NCBI GenBank assembly: GCA_030747785.1 | Contig: JASLKC010000026.1 | Coordinates: 4,967 to 68,966 of the forward strand | Direction of reading: 5' to 3' | Length of the DNA stretch: 64,000 nucleotides | Source: Candidatus Poseidoniaceae archaeon | GTDB lineage: Archaea > Thermoplasmatota > Poseidoniia > Poseidoniales > Poseidoniaceae | Shown here: positions 35,144 through 42,400 of the stretch, in pieces | Numbering within the stretch: position 1 is the stretch's first letter | Layout: the number at the start of each line of letters is the position of its first letter | Position numbers and translations under genes: made by a program | Notes under the pieces: model-generated | Told to the model about the DNA's origin: nothing | Databases searched by the model: none | The model's input: the letters and a program-made list of their open reading frames with translations, nothing else

Positions 35144-36484
35144 ATGGCAGGTCCAAAAACCTCTGTAGCGAAGGCACGAGAAGAAGCCAAAAACACCGAA
35201 GCGTCGGACATGTTTGGCTCTGCATTTGGGGGCGCTGAAGACATGGCGCCAACAACCGAAGAGGCCCCGGTTGAATCCCTTGAAGAAGAGAAAGAAGATT
35301 CAGAGGAATCTGAAGACCCTTCCGAGGAAGAAACAGAGGCAGAATCCTCTGCAGAAAAAGACCCCGCAGAAGTAACAGAAGAGGAACCTGTAGCGGAAGA
35401 AGAAATTACGACCCCTAAAGGCCCACCTTCGGGCCCACCTTCCAAAGGTCCGCCCTCGGGCCCACCTTCCAAAGGCCCACCCTCGGGTCCACCTTCCAAA
35501 GGTCCGCCTTCGGGCCCACCTTCCAAAGGCCCACCAGGCCCACCAGGCCCACCTGCAGCAGAAGAAACTGCAGAGGAGCCCGAAGAAGAAGCAGCCGAAG
35601 AAGTGACTGCTGAAGAAAATACAGCGGAACCTGAAGAAGCAGTCGAAGAAGAGGCAGTTGAAGAAGAGACTGCGGAATCAGAAGAACCTTCGGAGCCAGA
35701 AGAACCTTCGGAACCAGAGGTAATCACTGCGGCACCAAACGCCACGCGAACAGAAGCCGCTGAAGCCGAAGTTCTCCGTCTATCGGGAGAAGTCAATACC
35801 CTTCGAAAGTCATTGGCTGGTGCAGCAGATGTAATTGAAGATCTTGAAACCCCTCCAATGCCCCCTGCAGTTTTCGCAGATATTGTAGTCCAAGACCATT
35901 TAGTTGCAGACTTAGCACGCTTAGCAAGACAATTAGATCGAGAACAATTAGTAAGAGCAAATATGGGTACAATTGCAATGCTACACCCAGGTATGCCGGG
36001 TGTTATGATTTCAACAAAAAAGGGTACATTACTTCCAAGGCTCGATGAAAGAGGGATTACCGGCGGAAGGCTAGGTCAAAGCCCACCCGAAGAAGCGACA
36101 AGCGATTGGCGAGTTTTAGAGGTTTTACTTGCATCAAAATCACTTGACACCGGCGGTCCAGCAGCATGCATTCACATGCATGGCGCCTTTACTACTGCAG
36201 CGAGTTGTGAGAAAGATTTGATCCTGTGCACTCCAATTGACGAAGGTGGAAAGAAGGAATTGGGAAATATCATCATCGTTGACCCCGACGAAGAAAACCC
36301 GGATGATTTCTTGCGCCAAACAGCTGATGCTCTAAAGCAAGGTGGAATGAAGTGCGTGGTAATCAGAGGCCACGGTGCATATTCTCTTGGAGCTGATTTA
36401 GATGACGCCTGGGCGAATGCGGCAATGCTCGAGCACAGTATGAAAATTGTACTTCTTGCTCGCCAAGCCAAATTGAAGATTTGA
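35144..36484 (+). CDS. Class II aldolase/adducin-domain protein with a long disordered acidic N-terminus containing KGPPSGPPS repeats
   Basis: The C-terminal ~200 aa show aldolase-II hallmarks: ACIHMHG (the H-x-H metal ligands) and VVIRGHGAYSLGADLDDAWANAAMLEHS. The N-terminal ~200 aa are E/S/A/P-rich and low in complexity. Confidence 0.7.
   Translation: MAGPKTSVAKAREEAKNTEASDMFGSAFGGAEDMAPTTEEAPVESLEEEKEDSEESEDPSEEETEAESSAEKDPAEVTEEEPVAEEEITTPKGPPSGPPSKGPPSGPPSKGPPSGPPSKGPPSGPPSKGPPGPPGPPAAEETAEEPEEEAAEEVTAEENTAEPEEAVEEEAVEEETAESEEPSEPEEPSEPEVITAAPNATRTEAAEAEVLRLSGEVNTLRKSLAGAADVIEDLETPPMPPAVFADIVVQDHLVADLARLARQLDREQLVRANMGTIAMLHPGMPGVMISTKKGTLLPRLDERGITGGRLGQSPPEEATSDWRVLEVLLASKSLDTGGPAACIHMHGAFTTAASCEKDLILCTPIDEGGKKELGNIIIVDPDEENPDDFLRQTADALKQGGMKCVVIRGHGAYSLGADLDDAWANAAMLEHSMKIVLLARQAKLKI
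35417..35554 (+). repeat. 27-nt in-frame tandem repeat (4 full units plus a degenerate fifth) encoding KGPPSGPPS
   Basis: The units start at 35417, 35444, 35471 and 35498. They differ only at third codon positions (ggc/ggt, cca/ccg, cct/ccc). Confidence 0.9.
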
Positions 36485-36491
36485 GTAGTAG

Positions 36492-37079
36492 TCAATTTCG
36501 ATTTTTTCGACAGATTTCTACGAAATTTTCAAACATTTCTTTGCCGAATTCTGAATCATTTACTTCAGGATGGAATTGCAGTCCAAAGCGGTCACCTTTT
36601 TCATTCTCCATCCCTTGAACTTTGCAAGAAGAACTAGATGCAGTAATGAAGAAACCATCGGGGACCTCAGACACTTCGTCATTATGAGACTCCCATACAG
36701 TTTGTGTTTCCCCCGTCCCAGCGAAAATTTTACCACCACCATTCTGAAGAGAAATCACCATTGCTCCAAATTCAGGCTTTGGAGCTTCGCAAGCATTACC
36801 TCCATAGAATCTGGCCATAAATTGATGTCCAGCACAAATACCTAGAATTGGAATATCAAGTTCTAGAAACGCCCCGCAATTCCCAAGTTCACCAGTTAGT
36901 CCAACACGGGCAGCCCCCCCAGAAAGAATTAGCCCATCCAACTTGCGTAATTCCTCAACAGGAGTATCATTCTCAACAATCTTGGTATCAACGCCAAGGT
37001 ATCTCAGCATTCGCCATTCGCGGTGGGTCCATTGGCCCCCATTATCGATAACATCGATGACTAGAGAGTCGGCGCCCAT
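36492..37079 (-). CDS. guaAA: GMP synthase, glutamine amidotransferase subunit (class I GATase)
   Basis: The nucleophile-elbow motif is ILGICAGHQ, and the His/Glu end is LQFHPEV. The ~195-aa size fits the archaeal split GuaA subunit A. The start is taken at ATG 37079. Confidence 0.85.
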   Translation of the reverse strand: MGADSLVIDVIDNGGQWTHREWRMLRYLGVDTKIVENDTPVEELRKLDGLILSGGAARVGLTGELGNCGAFLELDIPILGICAGHQFMARFYGGNACEAPKPEFGAMVISLQNGGGKIFAGTGETQTVWESHNDEVSEVPDGFFITASSSSCKVQGMENEKGDRFGLQFHPEVNDSEFGKEMFENFVEICRKNRN

Positions 37080-37172
37080 GGGTTTCTGGCACCGCGCGCC
37101 ACCCATGAACATTGCCAGTCGCGACGAACAGGTTCAAAACAGGGGGGCCGGTCGGCCGCATGAGTGAACACC

Positions 37173-37322
37173 ATGTCAGCTGAAGTCGATTACAAGTGTG
37201 CCATCTGTGGCAACATCGAAACATTTGCTCGCGATCGCAATGGAATTAGCTGCAAAGCATGCGGCGCCCGTATCTTCATGAAGTTGCGAAGAACTGGTCA
37301 TAAAATCCTAGACGCCGAGTGA
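37173..37322 (+). CDS. rpoP: DNA-directed RNA polymerase subunit P (Rpo12 / RPABC4)
   Basis: Absent from the ORF track because it is only 49 aa. The sequence is MSAEVDYKCAICGNIETFARDRNGISCKACGARIFMKLRRTGHKILDAE. It has a Y-[KR]-C-x2-C ... C-x2-C-G-x-[KR]-I ... K-x-R zinc ribbon as in archaeal RpoP. Confidence 0.75.
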   Translation: MSAEVDYKCAICGNIETFARDRNGISCKACGARIFMKLRRTGHKILDAE

Positions 37323-37372
37323 AACCCTTCCTTTGGGAGAGTTGAAAGACTGGCGGCAGCCAAACGCTATTG

Positions 37373-38506
37373 ATGGCTAGTTGGCTTGAGACCCACGCCC
37401 CTCGCAAATTTAGCGATTTAGCGATGAGTGATACAATTGTCAACGGGCTTGAGAAAGCAGCAATGCAAGCAAATCCTCCCCATTTGATTTTAGCAGGGCC
37501 AGCAGGCGTGGGTAAGACCGCTTCATGGCGGCTAATCGCCCGCCAAATACTCGGCCCAGGTTGGAAATCAACAACCCATATACTCCAAGCCAGAGATCTT
37601 GTCAGGACCGCTGGAGCCATGAAAACTTTCGAAGAATTCCTCAGACCAGAGGGCTCAACTTCGGGCGACACGCTAGCAGGGAGGTCAAGTTTGGATGCAT
37701 TCGATAAGAATCTCACCCAAGCTTCAGCCGACGACATCGCTCCTGCAGGGGTTGAAAATAGCGAGATACACAACGAAAGCGCCCCGGTGTCGCGCTTGAT
37801 AATTATCGAAGATGCAGACCATCTTGGCGCCACACGCCAACCCTATCTTCGCCGGATGATGGAATCAAATTCAGCAACTTCTAGGTTTATTTTTACGGCG
37901 CGCTCCCCATCAAGAATTATTGACGCATTGCGTTCTAGATCACAACAGATACGAATACCCGCAACTAGCCGAACAATGATTACTAAACGTCTGGAAGAGA
38001 TATCCCAAGCCGAAGAAATGAGCCCAGTAAGAGGAATACTTGGAGATATTAGCCACGTTGCAAATGGCAACTTACGCAGGGCGGTTTTCCTTCTAGAATT
38101 ACTAGTGCGGAGAAACTTACTCTCAGATAGAAAACATCTCCAAGATATTGTTGCAGCTACAACTCTTGTAGGGGTGCAGCAAGTATTGGAACAAGCGATT
38201 AGAGGTAAAATTCACGACTGGCAATGGACGAAGGTGGGCGGCCGAAATAAGCGCGTACTCAAAGGCGCTCTTGGAACTCTCGATGAATTGATGAACGAAC
38301 ACGCGCTTGAGGCCGATGACATAGTAGTCCACATGCATCGGCTATTGACTACAGGGCGCCTCCTCCTCGACGAAGAGATGCTTTGCGACCTCCTTGCCTC
38401 TTTAGCAGAGTGCGATGTTAAATTACAACGTTCTAACCATGGCCGAATACAGTTAGAAGAATTCCTCTACCAAGTGGGGGAAATTTCAGCAAGCACCGCT
38501 GATTAA
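37373..38506 (+). CDS. rfcS: Replication factor C (clamp loader) small-subunit-like AAA+ protein, divergent
   Basis: The N-terminus W.E.H.PRKFSDL is present. Walker A is ILAGPAGVGKT, Walker B is IIIEDADHL, and RFIFTA and RSRSQQIRI follow. There is an ~40-aa extra segment between Walker A and Walker B. ATG 37373 follows the tracked TTG at 37370. Confidence 0.75.
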   Translation: MASWLETHAPRKFSDLAMSDTIVNGLEKAAMQANPPHLILAGPAGVGKTASWRLIARQILGPGWKSTTHILQARDLVRTAGAMKTFEEFLRPEGSTSGDTLAGRSSLDAFDKNLTQASADDIAPAGVENSEIHNESAPVSRLIIIEDADHLGATRQPYLRRMMESNSATSRFIFTARSPSRIIDALRSRSQQIRIPATSRTMITKRLEEISQAEEMSPVRGILGDISHVANGNLRRAVFLLELLVRRNLLSDRKHLQDIVAATTLVGVQQVLEQAIRGKIHDWQWTKVGGRNKRVLKGALGTLDELMNEHALEADDIVVHMHRLLTTGRLLLDEEMLCDLLASLAECDVKLQRSNHGRIQLEEFLYQVGEISASTAD

Positions 38507-38507
38507 T

Positions 38508-38584
38508 TGGCGGACACGGCAGGATTCGAACCCGCGATCTGCGGCTTAGGAGGCCGCCGCCTTATCCAGCTGGGCCACGTGTCC
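38508..38584 (-). tRNA. tRNA-Arg (anticodon CCU), 3' CCA encoded
   Basis: The reverse complement is GGACACGUGGCCCAGCUGGAUAAGGCGGCGGCCUCCUAAGCCGCAGAUCGCGGGUUCGAAUCCUGCCGUGUCCGCCA. The acceptor stem is GGACACG/CGUGUCC, the anticodon stem is GCGGC/GCCGC and the loop is CUCCUAA. Confidence 0.9.
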
Positions 38585-38676
38585 ATGGCGAGCGACCAAG
38601 CGCCCTTTCAACAACCTATCGCCGCTACTATTGGACCAAAAGCGCAATACACGCCGCCGGTCGTGCATGAACCACC

Positions 38677-40221
38677 ATGGAGGCAAACCCATCTACTCAA
38701 CGGGTCATTCCCGGTAAAGAAAACGGGATGCCAGATCCCTATGGAAAAGGATTTCACGGCGTCACTGACCCCTTGGAGAAATCGAAGACAGACTGGATTT
38801 CAGCCGAAACGCAACGAGTGAAATTTGGAAAAATAGCTAGTAGCAACCCTGTATTATTGTTGAGAAGAACCACAGGTATACTCATGGCAATAGGGGCTCT
38901 TGCCGCTGTAATCGCTCCAACCCACGCCTTTACCCACCCTTCATTATTCGTTTTGTTATGGATTCCAATGCTGTTAGTGAGCATCGGGTCAGCATTAGTG
39001 GCGGGGGAAAGGGCGTGGAGCGCAATGTCTCTTCGCGCAGCACTTTGGAAACAAGGCATGGTAATTCCAAACGTCAATCGCGACATAATGTCAGAACCAG
39101 GAATGGACCGAATTAGAGAGGGACTAATCGACGCACGCCGCCATAATTACATAGCCTCAATATTGGCGGCACTTTCAGTATTCATGTTAATTTCAGCTGC
39201 GGGAATGTCGACAGATGGTTTGGCGTACAACCTATTACTTCTTATCGCAATGGCAACCAGTCTTGGATTGGCATTTCATTCAATATTTATCACCGATGAA
39301 ATCAAACGTTTAGGAGATAGGCTCCCCTTCCTTTCGCTACATTCTCCCACCCACCACCCGACAAAACTCGACACAATATTGGGCGACATTGTTTTTGCAC
39401 ATTTGGACCCAGACATATCCCAAGAATGGATAATGTGGGAACAGAAATTATCTCGTTCAATATTGCCTGGAAACGAATCAACCCAAGCAAGGGAACGAAT
39501 ACTCTATCTTCTATATCTACACGTAGAAGGAGAATTATCTACAGAAGAAACAATCGCAGAATTAAAAGAATTCATTCAGCCGATGGCAATAGAAGATCTC
39601 CTTTTCGACGAAGAATCAGAATTCAATTGGAGAAGGTTGCAGAGACTGATTAAACACGCAAAAGCATGGCGCCCCGAGGTCTTTGAAGTACTAGAGCGCC
39701 TACAGAGCAACCTACTTTCAGGAACAACATCGATCACCCATAATGAGTGGAGGATGGACATAGCATTAGCACAGATGTGCGACGATGGAACCGGCCACCT
39801 CTTCATCGCTCTCAATAATCAGACTACAAGAAATCGGAATATGCGGGTGGAAGTAATAGTTCCTGGAGGAACTCCCGAAATTCAAAAACACCGCTTTGAA
39901 TTGTCTCCCTGCCCGGGACCAAAAACCCCTCTACCTCTAACAAATTCATTGACAGAAGATGTTCTTGATTGGATGCCAAAATATCTTGAAAAAGGAATCA
40001 TTCTATGGATTGGCGTTGCATGGAAAAGAGGAATGCGAGGTATCAAAAACGTACAAGTGATTCTTAGAGATGATGACGGATGTGTTCTCGACTCAAGGGT
40101 GATACAAACTGAAAAAGCCACATTAATCAATTCCGCTACTGGAAGCCGAATAAAACAAATCTTGAACGCGAGATCTATTGGTGAATCCCCCCTCCCTAGT
40201 AAGGAGACTCTGAGCATCTAA
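38677..40221 (+). CDS. Hypothetical membrane protein (about 4 N-terminal TM helices plus a ~300-aa soluble domain)
   Basis: 514 aa. The hydrophobic helices include GILMAIGALAAVIA, LFVLLWIPMLLVSIGSALVA, IASILAALSVFMLISAA and LLLLIAMATSLGLAFHSIF. I recognise no catalytic motif. Confidence 0.6.
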   Translation: MEANPSTQRVIPGKENGMPDPYGKGFHGVTDPLEKSKTDWISAETQRVKFGKIASSNPVLLLRRTTGILMAIGALAAVIAPTHAFTHPSLFVLLWIPMLLVSIGSALVAGERAWSAMSLRAALWKQGMVIPNVNRDIMSEPGMDRIREGLIDARRHNYIASILAALSVFMLISAAGMSTDGLAYNLLLLIAMATSLGLAFHSIFITDEIKRLGDRLPFLSLHSPTHHPTKLDTILGDIVFAHLDPDISQEWIMWEQKLSRSILPGNESTQARERILYLLYLHVEGELSTEETIAELKEFIQPMAIEDLLFDEESEFNWRRLQRLIKHAKAWRPEVFEVLERLQSNLLSGTTSITHNEWRMDIALAQMCDDGTGHLFIALNNQTTRNRNMRVEVIVPGGTPEIQKHRFELSPCPGPKTPLPLTNSLTEDVLDWMPKYLEKGIILWIGVAWKRGMRGIKNVQVILRDDDGCVLDSRVIQTEKATLINSATGSRIKQILNARSIGESPLPSKETLSI

Positions 40222-40289
40222 CTCTAACATTCGAAGCGCGTTGCTTATGACATGCCGTCATCTCGCACATTTCACCGGAGGTGGAGTTC

Positions 40290-41918
40290 ATGGAAGCATG
40301 GGATATCATCATCATTGGAGACGGACCAGCGGCATTACGCGCGGCAGCATCTGGAGCAAAGGCAGGAGCAAGCACTCTGTTGATGTCAGCAGACACCTTG
40401 GGGTCTGGCTGTACTACGGCATTAGACGGAATTGCAGCCCCTTTGAAGGAAAGCTCCACCCGTTCCCACCGAGAGGACACAGTTCGCGCAGGTGAATTCC
40501 TATGCGATCAAGACATAGTTTCTACCAGGGTTTCTCAAGCCTCTCGACAAGTCGATCTCCTTGAGCGCTGGGGAGTAATCTTCCGTCGCGACTCTGATGG
40601 AATCCCTCTTGTTCGTAGAGCAGCAGGCCATAGCATGCCTCGCTTAACAGGAGCTGGAGACGCGATGATTAGAGAAACATCGCAAGTTCTTGAAGAACAA
40701 TGTATTCGCCATGGCGTTGTTCGTCGCGGTGAACAATTACCCTTACAATTAGTACATTCTAACCAATCAATACACGGCCTCATTACCTTAGATATGAGCA
40801 CCGGGCAACTTCTTGCATTACAAGCCAAGACCATCATAATCGCTGATGGCGGATATGAGGGCGCTTGGACAGGTGCATCGACTGCGCTCGGCCTCGACCT
40901 CGCTCTTCAAACTGGTCTCGCTGTACGAAACCTAGAATTTGTTGCTTGGGCACCAATGGCTGTAAAGGGAACCAACATCATTCTTCCACTTGGAATGCTA
41001 GCCGACGGAGCAAAACTGCACCACGCAAATGGGGCTGAACTGGAGGTTGACCCATTTGCAGATACGACTACCCTTGCTAATGCAATTGGAGATAACTCGG
41101 ATTCCGTAGTTGATGCCCGCGCCCTTGGAGATGCAAGCCCATGGTGGAATCAAACCGCCACACTCCTCTCTTCACGCCTAGGCATGGATATGAACAGACA
41201 AACCATCCCAATTCATCCAAGAGTTGCAACAACTCTTGGCGGCATCGCAACCGATGAGCACGGCCGAGCAATTTCCGGCAAGTGGTCAAGATGGTTTACT
41301 GGCCTTTATGCCGCAGGAGATGCAGCTTGTTCTGGATTACACGGTGCTGGCCTAATTGCAGGAAACCGTTTGCTAGATGCATTAGCAGGCGGTGCTGCTG
41401 CCGGAGAGCATGCTGCCGAATATGCTGCAAACGCATCCTTCACAGGCAGAGGTTCTCTTGAAACAGCCCTTGGGGCGGGAGAAGCCGATCTCGACCTTAC
41501 ATTGGTGAGCGCCGAAGGCGCAGTACAAAGATTAGGAACCATTCAAAACCGCTTACTTGAGATAATGAATTCCAAGGTAAGTTATACTCGCGATGCAACC
41601 GGCCTTGAATCTGCAATCGAGGAATTACAAAATTTATCTCGCGATGCAGAAAATTTGCATGTAGACGACCCAAGCCGTTTGTATAATTCCAACTTACTCG
41701 CAACTCGCCGACTTCAAGGGGCAATCCGAATGGGAATTGCAACCGCACAAAGCGCACTCATTCGTACAGAAAGCCGCGGTACACACCAACGAAGCGATTT
41801 CACCGATAGCGATGATGGACAATTACACCACACATTAGTTGATAATAAGGGAGCAATGTCCACCTTGGCACTACGAAAAGGCGCATCAGGATCGTGGGTA
41901 CTAACTCCTAATGCATAA
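40290..41918 (+). CDS. FAD-dependent oxidoreductase of the succinate dehydrogenase/fumarate reductase flavoprotein / L-aspartate oxidase family
   Basis: DIIIIGDGPAALRAA is the dinucleotide fold. GLYAAGDAACSGLHGAGL and the C-terminal ESRGTHQRSDF are present. At ~540 aa it is closer to NadB in size. ATG 40290 follows GGAGGTG. Confidence 0.8.
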   Translation: MEAWDIIIIGDGPAALRAAASGAKAGASTLLMSADTLGSGCTTALDGIAAPLKESSTRSHREDTVRAGEFLCDQDIVSTRVSQASRQVDLLERWGVIFRRDSDGIPLVRRAAGHSMPRLTGAGDAMIRETSQVLEEQCIRHGVVRRGEQLPLQLVHSNQSIHGLITLDMSTGQLLALQAKTIIIADGGYEGAWTGASTALGLDLALQTGLAVRNLEFVAWAPMAVKGTNIILPLGMLADGAKLHHANGAELEVDPFADTTTLANAIGDNSDSVVDARALGDASPWWNQTATLLSSRLGMDMNRQTIPIHPRVATTLGGIATDEHGRAISGKWSRWFTGLYAAGDAACSGLHGAGLIAGNRLLDALAGGAAAGEHAAEYAANASFTGRGSLETALGAGEADLDLTLVSAEGAVQRLGTIQNRLLEIMNSKVSYTRDATGLESAIEELQNLSRDAENLHVDDPSRLYNSNLLATRRLQGAIRMGIATAQSALIRTESRGTHQRSDFTDSDDGQLHHTLVDNKGAMSTLALRKGASGSWVLTPNA

Positions 41919-41965
41919 TTTTGAACAGCCCCCAATATTTTGAGGGGCATTGTTTTGGCAAGGTC

Positions 41966-42400
41966 ATGGCGGAAGAGACTCTCTTCGAGAAGATTCTCTC
42001 CGGAACTATCCCCGGGAATTTTGTTGCTCGAGGCCCAAATTGGGGGGCGTTCCTCGATGTCTTCCCACGAAGAGAAGGACATACTCTTGTAGTCCCTACA
42101 CGACCAGCCTCACGATTAGCGGATTTAACAGATGAAGAACTCGCTGGATTAATGAGTGGAGTAAAAACTACTCAAAAAAAACTCTCAGCATATTTCAATA
42201 CTGAAGATTTCACAATCATTGTCCACGACGGCCCTCTCGCAGGGCAGGAAATACCACACGTGCATATCCACGTATTGCCGCGGCAAGAAGGCGACAAAGG
42301 CAAAACCTTACTCGCATTATGGCCAGATTCACCTATGCCATCCGGCACACCAGATTTTGCTGCCTTAGCCGAACTTTGTGAATCAATAAGGGGGGAATGA
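41966..42400 (+). CDS. HIT-family (histidine triad) nucleotide hydrolase/transferase
   Basis: The histidine triad is HVHIHVLPR, and the N-terminus is LFEKILSGTIPG. Confidence 0.85.
   Translation: MAEETLFEKILSGTIPGNFVARGPNWGAFLDVFPRREGHTLVVPTRPASRLADLTDEELAGLMSGVKTTQKKLSAYFNTEDFTIIVHDGPLAGQEIPHVHIHVLPRQEGDKGKTLLALWPDSPMPSGTPDFAALAELCESIRGE

Noticed and set aside
35128-35796. A 222-aa minus-strand ORF rich in Ser/Gly/Pro, opposite the acidic repeat region.
   Set aside because: It is the reverse complement of the GAA/GAG/CCN-rich N-terminus of the aldolase-II domain protein. The synonymous-only variation of the 27-nt repeat supports the + frame, not this one.
37276-37833. A 185-aa minus-strand ORF overlapping the rpoP 3' end and the RFC 5' half.
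   Set aside because: It has no motifs and its composition is Ser/Ala/Pro-skewed. The + strand carries clear RpoP and RFC Walker A/B signatures.
35009-38584. A tRNA-Asp to tRNA-Arg bounded segment considered as a possible integrated element or genomic island.
   Set aside because: The content is housekeeping (guaAA, rpoP, RFC). There is no integrase, no direct repeat of a tRNA 3' end and no visible compositional change.
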